A stretch of 64,000 nucleotides of DNA from Eubacteriales bacterium (GCA_045128275.1 JBGVRH010000074.1:9938-73937), one strand, 5' to 3'. Shown: positions 9,729 to 19,140, counted from the first letter of the stretch. Notes: generated from the letters alone by a model not told the origin. A program made the numbers and translations.

Positions 9729-10136
9729 ATGAACGCTCACATCATTTCTATTCACGACATTACTCAAAAGGTCATGCTCGTCAAGCTCACCTATACATAT
9801 CACAACGGTATGTCCGAATTTGACCTATATGAGGCCGTACGGGGCGTTTGGAAAGCCAGCTATGACCGCGCCTCTGAGGTCGATTACGTGTTTGGTATCC
9901 ATGAGCAAACCATCGTAGCGGTGTTTAAGCCCGATGAATGGCATTATGTACGAGAGAACATTGACATTCCCAGACCCCACGAGATATTCGGTGAGGTATT
10001 TGAGCAAAAAAGAGATCGTATCTATTTTATATGTAACGACCACAAACAGAAGGATGCTCAACAAATATCCTACCTGAACAAGTATATTTGCGACTTGAAG
10101 TCATCACAAAATCCCATTACATATATCAACGGATAA
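9729..10136 (+). CDS. hypothetical protein (orphan, AT-richer than flanks)
   Basis: ORF 9690..10136 trimmed to ATG 9729 after AGGAGG. No motif recognised. Confidence 0.55.
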   Translation: MNAHIISIHDITQKVMLVKLTYTYHNGMSEFDLYEAVRGVWKASYDRASEVDYVFGIHEQTIVAVFKPDEWHYVRENIDIPRPHEIFGEVFEQKRDRIYFICNDHKQKDAQQISYLNKYICDLKSSQNPITYING

Positions 10137-10301
10137 GGTCCGCGATCACTCTCACGGACAATGAAATATCCCCCAAAGCCAAGAATTCCCGTTCCGCGAG
10201 ACACATTTCCCGCATCGGGGGCTTGTAATTTGTGTCCCGCCGTGGTAGAATGTAGGCAGACAAGAGCTCACGTCGCATCTTACCACGAAAGGATTACCAC
10301 T

Positions 10302-11660
10302 ATGGAAAAGAAAACACTCGGCTCCTTTATCTCCGCCCTCCGTCGGGCGCAGGGGCTGACCCAGCAGGAGGTAGCCGACCGTCTGGCCGTATCCAACAAG
10401 GCCGTCAGCCGCTGGGAGCGGGACGAGGCCATGCCCGATATTCTGCTGCTCCCCGCCATTGCCGATCTGTTCGGAGTGACGGTGGATGAATTGCTTCGCG
10501 GGGAGCGGATGCGGGAGGCTACGCTCAGAGAGTCAGCGGCCATTGCCGATACCGCCGATGATCCCAACGAGCCTCAAACAGAGCCCTCCACAGATGGGGG
10601 TTACGCCCATGAAACCCCGCCCGATCCAAGGGCGTTGCGGGGGTTGCGGAGCATGACCAAGCGCTCCCTCACCAGCTTCCGCACCTCCCTGCTCATCGCC
10701 ATCGCCCTGTCCTGCGTGGGGTACGTGGTCCATCTGGCCGTCAGTTATGGCTTCTACCGTCCCGTGATCGGCTTCTTCTGCATGGTGGCCTTTACCGTAG
10801 CCGCCGCAGTGCTGGCCGTGATGGCTACCATGCGCCTAAAGGATACTCTGTCGGAGCAGATCGACGGAGACGGCATCCGCCTCCCGGCAAACGAGCTGAC
10901 TGCCGCCTGCCGCACCTTGACTTATTGGTCTTACCGTACCTTCACAAGCATCGCCGATCTGTTGATCCTGAGTACTCCTCTTGTCCTGATGCGGGATCAC
11001 CATTATCTCAATAGCGTGCTGTCCTCCTCGTCCTATCTCCCCGTCGCATTGGTTTTGTGCTGTATCTGCGGAGTGCTGACGCTGTGGCTCCAAAAGCCCT
11101 ACGCCGCTTGGATGCTGAAGCCTTGGGCGGGGCTGATCCTGCCCGATCCCTACCTGCTCCCCGCGCCCCAGGCCATCGGACGGCGTGTCCTTTGGTTGAA
11201 CGCCACCCAAACCGTCGGGATCGTCTTCAGTGCTGTTCTTACGACCCTTTTCACCGGATTTGAATGGGGGATCACCTACTGGGGGGAGGATAATACACAT
11301 TACAACCTCACCGCCATCATTTTCTTTGCCCTCGGTACTCTGACCGTGATCGCCGCTCCCTTCCTGTTCCGCATCGGCTACCGCTCTATTCTTGAAAGCG
11401 GAAGCCTGTCCACCGCCGAATGGATCAAGGGCAAGCGCGCCATGACACGGGCGGCGGTACGGAACGTCCTTCTTTATGTGGTCGCCATCCTGACCGTGGG
11501 CTTTGGCGTATCCTTTGGTGCCAGCTCCTCGGACGGCGTACATTGGGAATACTACCAGAGCTGGAATGAGGGTGCGATCTTCCTTGGCATTCTGGCCGTT
11601 TCCGTCGTGATCATGGCAGATCAAATCCTGAAGGAGCGGGAGGCGCGGAGATCGGCGTGA
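10302..11660 (+). CDS. XRE-family HTH protein with a multi-pass membrane domain
   Basis: Trimmed to ATG 10302. HTH (GLTQQEVADRLAVSNKAVSRWERDEAMPD) followed by several hydrophobic segments. Confidence 0.8.
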   Translation: MEKKTLGSFISALRRAQGLTQQEVADRLAVSNKAVSRWERDEAMPDILLLPAIADLFGVTVDELLRGERMREATLRESAAIADTADDPNEPQTEPSTDGGYAHETPPDPRALRGLRSMTKRSLTSFRTSLLIAIALSCVGYVVHLAVSYGFYRPVIGFFCMVAFTVAAAVLAVMATMRLKDTLSEQIDGDGIRLPANELTAACRTLTYWSYRTFTSIADLLILSTPLVLMRDHHYLNSVLSSSSYLPVALVLCCICGVLTLWLQKPYAAWMLKPWAGLILPDPYLLPAPQAIGRRVLWLNATQTVGIVFSAVLTTLFTGFEWGITYWGEDNTHYNLTAIIFFALGTLTVIAAPFLFRIGYRSILESGSLSTAEWIKGKRAMTRAAVRNVLLYVVAILTVGFGVSFGASSSDGVHWEYYQSWNEGAIFLGILAVSVVIMADQILKEREARRSA

Positions 11661-11678
11661 CCCTTCCTCCAAAAACAA

Positions 11679-11712
11679 AAGAACCCTTCCGCTCTCGGTT
11701 GGGTTCTTTTCC
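11679..11712 (+). terminator. rho-independent terminator
   Basis: AAGAACCC (11679-86) pairs with GGGTTCTT (11701-08), followed by TTTCC. Confidence 0.6.
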
Positions 11713-11724
11713 TATTTCCACATC

Positions 11725-12384
11725 TCACCGATAATCAAACCGCTCCCCCGTCTCCATAATGAAGCACCGCCCCGCGGTGACCTCCCCCAGACGGGCGCAA
11801 AGCTCCTCATATTGGGTACACTTCACCGCCAAAGTCAGGGTCACCCGATCCGAAAACTCGCTGTCGTCGGTCAGCACCCCGTATTTGGGTAGCTCCTGCA
11901 AAATGAGCTGGTAGTCGGAGTAGGTGGTCTCCAGCATGAACTCGGTGAACTTTTCGTAGGTGATGATATGGGCCGCATCCAGAGCGATGCTCGCCGCGTG
12001 GGAGTAGGCGCGGATGAGACCGCCCACGCCCAGAAGCGTGCCGCCGAAGTAGCGGGTGGTCACCACCACGCAGTCGAAGACCCCCTTCTTGCGGATGGCC
12101 TCCAGGGTGGGCAGGCCCGAGGAGCCCTGGGGCTCGCCGTCGTCGGAGTAGCGGGCGGCCTGCTCGGTGGAGGTGCCGCCGCTGATGCGATAGGCCCAGA
12201 CGTTGTGGGTGGCATCGGCGTAGGCCTTCTGCTTCTGCTTGATGAAGGCCATGGCCTCCTCCTCGGTCTCCACGTGGGCGGCGTGGCCGATGAATACGGA
12301 TCGCTTTTCCTCGAATTCGTCCTTGCCTACGCCCTCCAGGGTGGTGTAGAGGACGGGGGTCGGGGTGTCAAGGGCTTCACTCAT
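11725..12384 (-). CDS. YigZ/IMPACT-family (UPF0029) protein
   Basis: Trimmed to ATG 12384 after AGGAGG. EKRSVFIGHAAHVETEEEAMAFI...ATHNVWAYR is typical of YigZ. Confidence 0.8.
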   Translation of the reverse strand: MSEALDTPTPVLYTTLEGVGKDEFEEKRSVFIGHAAHVETEEEAMAFIKQKQKAYADATHNVWAYRISGGTSTEQAARYSDDGEPQGSSGLPTLEAIRKKGVFDCVVVTTRYFGGTLLGVGGLIRAYSHAASIALDAAHIITYEKFTEFMLETTYSDYQLILQELPKYGVLTDDSEFSDRVTLTLAVKCTQYEELCARLGEVTAGRCFIMETGERFDYR

Positions 12385-12970
12385 GGGAGGCCTCCTTGGG
12401 GGTATTTTCCAGGGTGGACACTTCCTCCGCGTCGGCCTGCAACCACGCATCCTCCCCGATGATCGCGGTGAGCTTGGCCTTCACAAAGCCGTACCGCATG
12501 GCGCAGGGCGGGGGGATCAGCCCCTTGTGGATCATGGTCTCGAACTCACAGAAGGTGACCCATTTGGAGTCCACGGTCTCCCACTCCTGCAGGGTGATGG
12601 GGGTGTCCTCCCCCGTCTCGGTGAGGCGGCAGAGGTAGCAATCCATGAAGGCGGAGGGCTCACGGAGGGTGCCGAGGAAGATCAGCTCCTCGGGCGGGCA
12701 GTTTATCCCCGTCTCCTCCAGAAGCTCACGGTGAGCCGAGGTCAGGCTGTCCTCACCGGTCACACCCGATCCGCCCGTGAACTCCCAGTAGTCGGGATAC
12801 ATCCCCTTGGTGGGGGCGCGGAGGGTCAGGAGCAGGCGGTTTTTGGCATCCACCGTGAAGACAGACACCACCGTATGGTAGGTGCCGCGGGGCATGGGGT
12901 ACTGCCGCCCGCGGGGGTGGGTGATGCCCAAGGGGTTGCGGTCTTTATCGAGTAGGTCCCAGAGTTCCAT
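12377..12970 (-). CDS. NUDIX hydrolase
   Basis: Trimmed to ATG 12970 after GGAGGTG. Nudix box GGSGVTGEDSLTSAHRELLEETG. Overlaps the yigZ-like start by 8 nt. Confidence 0.85.
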   Translation of the reverse strand: MELWDLLDKDRNPLGITHPRGRQYPMPRGTYHTVVSVFTVDAKNRLLLTLRAPTKGMYPDYWEFTGGSGVTGEDSLTSAHRELLEETGINCPPEELIFLGTLREPSAFMDCYLCRLTETGEDTPITLQEWETVDSKWVTFCEFETMIHKGLIPPPCAMRYGFVKAKLTAIIGEDAWLQADAEEVSTLENTPKEASHE

Positions 12971-12977
12971 GGGGATG

Positions 12978-13117
12978 TTCACCTCCGGTGAAATGATGTT
13001 GCCGCGATGCGGCAAATGATGTGCCTCTCCGAGGCAATGATGTTGCGGAGCATGCTCCTCAAATGATGTGCGCCTATCGGCGCAATGAGCGGAAGCCTTT
13101 TGCCTATGGCAAAAGGC
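12978..13117. repeat. array of unique GC-rich short-loop hairpins separated by constant (A)AATGATGT(T) spacers
   Basis: TTCACC-TCC-GGTGAA, GCCGC-GAT-GCGGC, GCCTC-TCC-GAGGC, GGAGCATGCTCC, GCGCC-TATC-GGCGC, GCCTTTTGCC-TAT-GGCAAAAGGC. Spacers at 12991, 13014, 13036 and 13061. Confidence 0.8.
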
Positions 13118-13127
13118 AATTATATTT

Positions 13128-14510
13128 TTACCAGGTATCTTCTTCTTTGACAGTCTTGGCATTGGGATCGTACTTCTTCATCATCCCGTACACCCGATCG
13201 TCCACGGTGGCCACCACGGTGACGGCCTCATAGCCGTAGTCCACCGACTCCACGGCGGCCTGCTCGGAGTACAGGCGGGACAATGCCCCCTGCTCGGCGT
13301 TGGGGATGATAAAGGTCACGCGGCGCTTGCCAATGCGTACAACGTCCTGAATGGCCTCAGCCAGGCGGTCAAGTCCCTGCCCCGTCTTGGCGGAGATATA
13401 CACGGCGGTACGGTTATCTTCATTGCGGCCGTCGAAGGACAGCCCCTTCTTGGCCACCACACCCATGAGGCTGACGGTGTCGCAGGACTCGCGGTCGCAC
13501 TTGTTGAAGACGTAGAGGGTAGGCTTACCGCCCGCGCCCAGCTCCTCCAGAAGTGTCTCGGTGACCTCCAGCTGGCTGGCGCACTCGGGATCGGAGGCAT
13601 CCAGCAGGAGCAGGACGATATCGGCGTAGACCGCCTCCTCCAGAGTGGAGCGGAAGGCGGAGACCAGATGGTGGGGGAGCTTGCGGATGAAGCCGACGGT
13701 GTCGGTCAAGAGGATGGTCTCGCCCCCGGGGAGGGTGAACTTTCTCGTGGTGGGGTCGAGGGTGGCGAAAAGCTTGTCCTCGGCCAGGATCCCCGCGCCC
13801 GTGAGGGCGTTGAGGAGGGTGGACTTACCCGCGTTGGTGTAGCCCACGATGGCCACGCGGGGGAGTCCCGAGCGGTCGCGGGAGGCGCGCATGGTGCGGC
13901 GGTTCTTCTCCACCACCTCCAGCTCGGCCTTGAGGGCATCGATGCGGCGCTTCATGTGACGGCGGTCGCTCTCCAGCTTGGACTCACCGGGGCCTCGGGT
14001 GCCGATACCGCCGCCCAGTCGGGACATCTCGGTACCGTGACCCGTGAGACGGGGCGCGCTGTACTGGAGCTGGGCCAGCTCGACCTGGAGTTTACCCTCG
14101 GAGGTCACGGCGTGGAGGGCGAAGATATCCAGGATGAGCATGGAGCGGTCGATGACGCGAAGCTCCATTTTACTGTCGCCGCCGCGGATATCATCCTCCA
14201 GGTTGCGGATCTGGACGGGGGTGAGGTCGCAGTCGAAGACCACCAGACCGATTGAGTGGTTGCGGCACAGCTCGGCCAGCTCCTGCACCTTGCCCGAGCC
14301 GATGAGGGTACGGGGGTCGGGGGTGGACTTGTTCTGCACCACGCGGGCGAAGACCTCGCCCCCGGCGGTGTCCAGCAGGCGGGCCAGCTCGTCAAGGCCG
14401 ATCTCGACCTCGGCGGCATCATCGTCTTTTGTCACAACTCCCACAAGGATGGCTTGAATGGGTGAGGTGCTCTCCTCACGGGTGGTGAAGGTGTTTTTAT
14501 TTTCGGACAT
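13128..14510 (-). CDS. hflX: GTPase HflX
   Basis: G1 motif GYTNAGKST, DTVGF, NKCD. HflX N-terminal domain. RBS AAGGAG. Confidence 0.95.
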   Translation of the reverse strand: MSENKNTFTTREESTSPIQAILVGVVTKDDDAAEVEIGLDELARLLDTAGGEVFARVVQNKSTPDPRTLIGSGKVQELAELCRNHSIGLVVFDCDLTPVQIRNLEDDIRGGDSKMELRVIDRSMLILDIFALHAVTSEGKLQVELAQLQYSAPRLTGHGTEMSRLGGGIGTRGPGESKLESDRRHMKRRIDALKAELEVVEKNRRTMRASRDRSGLPRVAIVGYTNAGKSTLLNALTGAGILAEDKLFATLDPTTRKFTLPGGETILLTDTVGFIRKLPHHLVSAFRSTLEEAVYADIVLLLLDASDPECASQLEVTETLLEELGAGGKPTLYVFNKCDRESCDTVSLMGVVAKKGLSFDGRNEDNRTAVYISAKTGQGLDRLAEAIQDVVRIGKRRVTFIIPNAEQGALSRLYSEQAAVESVDYGYEAVTVVATVDDRVYGMMKKYDPNAKTVKEEDTW

Positions 14511-14540
14511 GGGAATAATCTCCTTTCGGGAAAGGGATGG

Positions 14541-14600
14541 ACGATATGCCCTATGGGCGTGATATGCCCTGCGGGCGTGATATGCGCCCTAACGGCGCGT
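14541..14600. repeat. three tandem hairpin units with (A/G)(C/T)GATAT spacer
   Basis: ACGATAT-GCCC-TAT-GGGC, GTGATAT-GCCC-TGC-GGGC, GTGATAT-GCGCC-CTAAC-GGCGC. Confidence 0.7.
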
Positions 14601-14727
14601 GTTTTGGGGGGAGATTCATCTGACAAAAAGCAAAAGGACAGGCAGCGCCATGGCAAAACCTGTCCTTTTATGGGTTGATACTCTGCGCCCGCGGAACAGA
14701 TGGCTATCCCGTGAGCCCCAAGAAGAA

Positions 14728-14943
14728 TTACTTTCTGACAGCAGCCAGTCTCTTCTTGAACTTGTCCAGACGACCGCCTGCATCGACAAACTTCTGCTTG
14801 CCGGTGTAGAAGGGGTGGCACTTGGAGCAGATTTCAACGCGCATCTCGCTGCCCTTGGTGGAGCGAGAAACGACAGTCTCACCGCATGCGCACTTGATGA
14901 CGCACTCAACGTACTCGGGATGGATTCCGTTCTTCATTTTCAT
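14728..14943 (-). CDS. rpmE: 50S ribosomal protein L31 (Cys-containing, zinc-type)
   Basis: MKNGIHPEY...[13 protein letters not shown]. The start could instead be the second ATG at 14937. Confidence 0.95.
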   Translation of the reverse strand: MKMKNGIHPEYVECVIKCACGETVVSRSTKGSEMRVEICSKCHPFYTGKQKFVDAGGRLDKFKKRLAAVRK

Positions 14944-15000
14944 ATACCTCTCACTTGGAATTTCCCCATATGCTTGGACATGGGGTACAAAAGCCTATAT

Positions 15001-15029
15001 ATTATAGCACAAACGCCCCATAAATGCAA
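15001..15029 (-). promoter_or_regulatory. sigmaA-type promoter for rpmE
   Basis: Minus strand TTGCAT (15029-15024), 17 nt, TGcTATAAT (-10 at 15006-15001). Confidence 0.6.
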
Positions 15030-15122
15030 GAGGTTTTTGAAATTTTTCCTTGGGATTTTTCACAAAATTGCAGGGATTTTTCTGTCGTCCCTGTGGCTTT
15101 GTGGAGAAAGCCGTGCCTCGAA

Positions 15123-16484
15123 TCAATCCACCAGCTTCTCCAGGCACCCCACCGTATAGTCGCCGCCCGTGGCCATGAGGTTGTTGAGGAACAACACCGT
15201 GTCGATTCCCTTTTCCTCCGCGAAGGCACGAAGATCACCGTTCCAGAAGCGGTAATCGATGGCGTATACGTACTCGTAGGAATCCACCAGCATGGGAATG
15301 AAGGCGTTGCCGTAGGATTCCTTGATGATGAGAATGGCAGAGTCGTCCGTAATGGTTTCGTTGTGAGCCTCATAATACTCGTGGTCTCCCGAGGAGAAGG
15401 CCAGGTACTTGTTGGTGGTACTGACCTCACAGTCAATGAGGGGTCTCGGCTGATAGATGCCGTCGCGGAAGATGGTCAGCTCACTGACCGTGGGGGACAG
15501 GTAGGCCTCCACGTAATCGGGATGATTCTTCAGATTCAGATTCTGAGTATGGCGGTACAGAGACCCGAGGAAGGTGTCATAGGTAAAGGTGTCGTACGCC
15601 TCCAGGGACGGATAGGAGCGCCCCACGGTGTCCAGGAAATAGCGGCTGGCGTAGTACGCACCCTTGCCCGTCCAGTGGTGATCGGTACGGTAGAAAATAT
15701 ACTCGTCACTATGCTGCTCCAGCACCTGGTGAACGGGCAGAGTCACCACGGGTGTCTCCACCCCTGCCTGGGGGCAGTAGGCGTTGATGGCGGCGTAGAT
15801 GCGCTCAATCACCGCCACACCGTCGGACGCGCCCAGCTCGGTGAGCTTTTCGGGGGACAGACCGTAGCAGTAGGAGGTGGGCACCACCATATCGTAGACC
15901 GTCGCCACGCCATCCAGCTCCAGAGCGGCCTTGACCACCACGCGGCAGTAGCGATCCACGAGCTTTGCGTTGTAGTAGTACAGCTCATAGCAGGTGTCGC
16001 CCTCGATGTAGTAGCCGTTGATGACCTCGGAATAGGGGCCTGTTTCCTCTTCCGTATCCTCGGGGGGCACCGTATCCTCCGGGCGAGACTCCTGCTCGGG
16101 GGGAGTCTCCGATTCGGGGGGCTCATCCTCGGGAGGCTCCTCGTCCCATACGAAATCGGTGTCCGAGCCGATGGAATCCACCTCGCCCTCGTAGCCCTCA
16201 AATTCCATGTCCCCCACGCCGTACAGCCCCTTGAAGTCCCCGCTCATGTCCAGAAGCGTCTCGCGGAAGGGGAAGGTATCGGCATACCACAGGCTGATCT
16301 GAGAGGTGTACTCCCCCGACAGGAAGGACTCTACCGAAAAAGTAGGGAATTTGGTCAGCTCCCGTCCCTCGGATTCCGAGACGGAGGGGCGCAGAGACAG
16401 GATGAAGCCCAGCACGCAGCCGCCGACCAGCACAACGGTAAACAGCAGGATGCGGATCCACTGAAACAGTTTTTTCAACTTCAT
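15123..16484 (-). CDS. DHHW-family protein (AlgJ-like partner of MBOAT)
   Basis: N-terminal TM segment. DHHW motif (YRTDHHWTGKGAYY). Immediately downstream of the MBOAT gene. Confidence 0.85.
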   Translation of the reverse strand: MKLKKLFQWIRILLFTVVLVGGCVLGFILSLRPSVSESEGRELTKFPTFSVESFLSGEYTSQISLWYADTFPFRETLLDMSGDFKGLYGVGDMEFEGYEGEVDSIGSDTDFVWDEEPPEDEPPESETPPEQESRPEDTVPPEDTEEETGPYSEVINGYYIEGDTCYELYYYNAKLVDRYCRVVVKAALELDGVATVYDMVVPTSYCYGLSPEKLTELGASDGVAVIERIYAAINAYCPQAGVETPVVTLPVHQVLEQHSDEYIFYRTDHHWTGKGAYYASRYFLDTVGRSYPSLEAYDTFTYDTFLGSLYRHTQNLNLKNHPDYVEAYLSPTVSELTIFRDGIYQPRPLIDCEVSTTNKYLAFSSGDHEYYEAHNETITDDSAILIIKESYGNAFIPMLVDSYEYVYAIDYRFWNGDLRAFAEEKGIDTVLFLNNLMATGGDYTVGCLEKLVD

Positions 16485-16499
16485 GATTACGCTCCTTTC

Positions 16500-17960
16500 T
16501 CAGAACTGGAAGTACAGGAAGGGGTTATAGCTATCCCCCACCAAGCACAAGAGTGACAGGAACACGAGCAAGACGGGCAGGACGGCTGTGACCGCGTCAT
16601 ACACCGTAACGGCCACCTTACCCATACCGCCCGACCGTCCCTCAGTCATCCTGCCTCGCAGACGCTCAAAGAACCGCCCGACGACAGGGGCGATGGGGGT
16701 ACAGGCCAGCATGGCTATGGGGAGGAAGACCGCGTGGGAGAGCAGTCCGCTCTGCACCGACAGGCTCATCCAGGCGTTCCCGTTCAGGGTAAAGAGACCC
16801 TTGACGGCCACAAGCAGCTCCGAGAGATCCGTGTAGTAGAACAGCATCCACCCAAAGAGGACGACAACCAGGGTATACGCCGTCCGCAGAACCCGAAGGA
16901 TGCCCCGCGAGGGGGTCTTACCGACACGGAAGACCAGCTTTTCGATGATGAGGAAGACGAAATAGTAAAGTCCCCACAGAACGAAATTCCAGGACGCGCC
17001 ATGCCACAGTCCCGTGAGGAACCAGACGGCAAACAGATTGAAAATGTGGCGCAGCTTGCCGACGCGGTTGCCTCCCAGGGGTATGTAAACGTAGTCACGG
17101 AAGAAGCTGGACAGGGAGATGTGCCACCGCCGCCAGAAATCCGTGACCGAATCCGCGGCGTAGGGGTACATGAAATTCTCGCGGTAGTGGAAGCCCACCA
17201 TGAGTCCCATGCCGATGGCCATGTCCGAGTAGGCCGAGAAATCCAGGTAGATCTCCAGCATATAGCAAACGGCCGCCAGGAGGATCCCCGCCGCGGGAAC
17301 GGCGGAAAGATTTTCAGGCTTCTCCACCATCTCCGAAACGATGGCGGCACAGCCGTTGGCCAGAACCGCTTTTTTGGCCAGACCGCAGGCAAAGTGGGTA
17401 ATGCCCCGCGCGGCATCCTCACGGGTAACGCGGCGGTTCTCCAGTTCCTCGTTGACGTCGCTGTAGCGCACGATGGGGCCCGCGATGCACTGATGGAAGA
17501 GGGAGGCGTACAGGAGCAGGAGCCAGAATTTCTTCTGGGGCTCCACCTCACCGCGATACACATCGATGACGTAGGAAATGAGCTGGAAGGTGTAGAAGGA
17601 GATACCGATGGGCAGGGTAATGGCGGGGATCACCTCGGGGACTCCCAGCAGAGCTTGCACGTTGGACAGGAAGAAGCCCGTGTACTTGAAAACCGCCAAA
17701 AGCCCCAGGCAGATGACCAAGGTCAGGATCAGCCACAGCCTGCGGCGGGAGGAATACGCGTGGATCAGCCGCCCGCCCAGATAGCAGACCAGGGTCATGC
17801 CCACCAGCAGGATCAGCAAGGAAGGCCCTCCCCAGGCGTAGAAGATCAGGGAGAACAGCAACAGCACCACGTTGCGGGAGCGGATCCCCGGCATGACCGC
17901 GTAGAGGGCGTAGCAGATCACCAGAAAACCGAAGACGAACAGTAAACTCGAAAAGACCAT
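16500..17960 (-). CDS. MBOAT-family O-acyltransferase (AlgI/DltB-like)
   Basis: Polytopic membrane protein with FWRRWHISLSSFFRDYVYIPLGGNR and a conserved His region. RBS AAGGAG. Confidence 0.9.
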   Translation of the reverse strand: MVFSSLLFVFGFLVICYALYAVMPGIRSRNVVLLLFSLIFYAWGGPSLLILLVGMTLVCYLGGRLIHAYSSRRRLWLILTLVICLGLLAVFKYTGFFLSNVQALLGVPEVIPAITLPIGISFYTFQLISYVIDVYRGEVEPQKKFWLLLLYASLFHQCIAGPIVRYSDVNEELENRRVTREDAARGITHFACGLAKKAVLANGCAAIVSEMVEKPENLSAVPAAGILLAAVCYMLEIYLDFSAYSDMAIGMGLMVGFHYRENFMYPYAADSVTDFWRRWHISLSSFFRDYVYIPLGGNRVGKLRHIFNLFAVWFLTGLWHGASWNFVLWGLYYFVFLIIEKLVFRVGKTPSRGILRVLRTAYTLVVVLFGWMLFYYTDLSELLVAVKGLFTLNGNAWMSLSVQSGLLSHAVFLPIAMLACTPIAPVVGRFFERLRGRMTEGRSGGMGKVAVTVYDAVTAVLPVLLVFLSLLCLVGDSYNPFLYFQF

Positions 17961-18062
17961 ATGAATCTCCTTTTGTTCTTTGAATCAGGTAAGCCCCGCT
18001 CCGCGTGCGGACGGTACAGACGGCCTTCACCCTGGGGGCGCAGTCGTGATCAGAGGGTATAC

Positions 18063-18203
18063 CTATTCTATAAGACGATAAAATTTGCGAAAAGTGCCTT
18101 CAAAGCGATCGATATATTCCCAAAGCCCGGAGACGGCCGTCCGCTCGGTCAGTTCTTTTAACGGACATTGCGGCGGACTCTTATAATATGGCAATTTGTA
18201 CAT
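18063..18203 (-). CDS. possible 46-aa small protein
   Basis: ORF 18063..18353 trimmed to ATG 18203 after AGGTGA. No homology recognised; weak call. Confidence 0.25.
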   Translation of the reverse strand: MYKLPYYKSPPQCPLKELTERTAVSGLWEYIDRFEGTFRKFYRLIE

Positions 18204-18330
18204 TTCACAATCACCTATAAACAACGCCCTCATTATAGCACGGTCATTCCTGCCTGTCAATAGGGGTGGGATATTCGGTCGCGATTTGGGATAATCGGTA
18301 CTTCCCCGTTGAGATTCTGCCCCCATGGGA

Positions 18331-18873
18331 TCACGGTGCCCGGACTTCGGCAATATACAGAATGTGGTTGATCCCGGTGTCCGGGTCGGGGATATAGCGG
18401 ATGACCAGATACTGCCCCTCGCGGGTGATGACCCCGCCGTTTTGCGCCTCCCTGCGGTAGCCGTGGAGGGTCAGGTCGGTATCGGTATAAGCGAAGGTAA
18501 CACCGTCCAGAGTGAAGCTGTCCCCGCCCTTGTGGGGGTACTCCGCGGCGGTCAGATCCTCCACAATTCCCTCGGCGATGAGGTAGTCCCCCGCCTCGTA
18601 GCGGGTCTTCAGGTCGGTGTAGTCGGCTATATACACCGAGCCCGACAGGATGAACACAACGCCGCAGAGCAGGGCAACTCCCCGCAAAAACCATTGGACA
18701 CCCTTGGAATGGGTAAGATCTCTCCGCGCGGGGGCGGCCAGATCCTTCCCTGCTTCCTTGGCGCGGCTCATTCCGCAGGACACCGCCCAGAAGCCCATCC
18801 CCACCAGAAGCGGGATCAGCAGAACGGACAGATCTCCCCAGCGGAAGCGCAGCTCATACAGTACGGTCTCCAT
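18331..18873 (-). CDS. hypothetical membrane protein
   Basis: RBS AAGGGAG. Two predicted TM segments. Confidence 0.6.
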   Translation of the reverse strand: METVLYELRFRWGDLSVLLIPLLVGMGFWAVSCGMSRAKEAGKDLAAPARRDLTHSKGVQWFLRGVALLCGVVFILSGSVYIADYTDLKTRYEAGDYLIAEGIVEDLTAAEYPHKGGDSFTLDGVTFAYTDTDLTLHGYRREAQNGGVITREGQYLVIRYIPDPDTGINHILYIAEVRAP

Positions 18874-19045
18874 GAAGTATTCTCCCTTTCGGTACGGTCT
18901 CTCACCTATATAGACGAAAAAACGTCCCCAGATCTTTCACGTAACGACTCATTTTTCCTTTACCTCATAGTATACACCATATCCCCCCGTTTGTCAAGTC
19001 CAAGGCCGCGAAGCCGAAGCTTTCATGAAAATCCTGTGAACCCCC

Positions 19046-19074
19046 TTGCATTCTGTCGAAATTTGTGGTATACT
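19046..19074 (+). promoter_or_regulatory. sigmaA-type promoter for the LRR surface protein gene
   Basis: TTGCAT (19046-51), 17 nt, TGgTATACT (-10 at 19069-74). Confidence 0.6.
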
Positions 19075-19140
19075 CTATAGTGAAGATTTTTGACCATATC
19101 CATATAAATGAAACCATCACGAAAACGGAAGGATCTGACC

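Noticed and set aside
12978-13117. Whether the hairpin arrays are CRISPR arrays.
   Set aside because: The constant element is only 8-10 nt and the units are about 22 nt. The variable parts are palindromes rather than spacers, and there are no cas genes in the window.
12991-13130. Chained mini-ORFs created by the AAATGATG spacers (MMLPRCGK, MMCLSEAMMLRSMLLK; MMFTAVTRGEMMLPRWGK in the second array), with ATGA stop-start overlaps.
   Set aside because: They have no RBS. The peptides change with the compensatory stem mutations (C to W). The arrays occur in both orientations relative to transcription. Hairpin conservation explains the pattern better than coding does.
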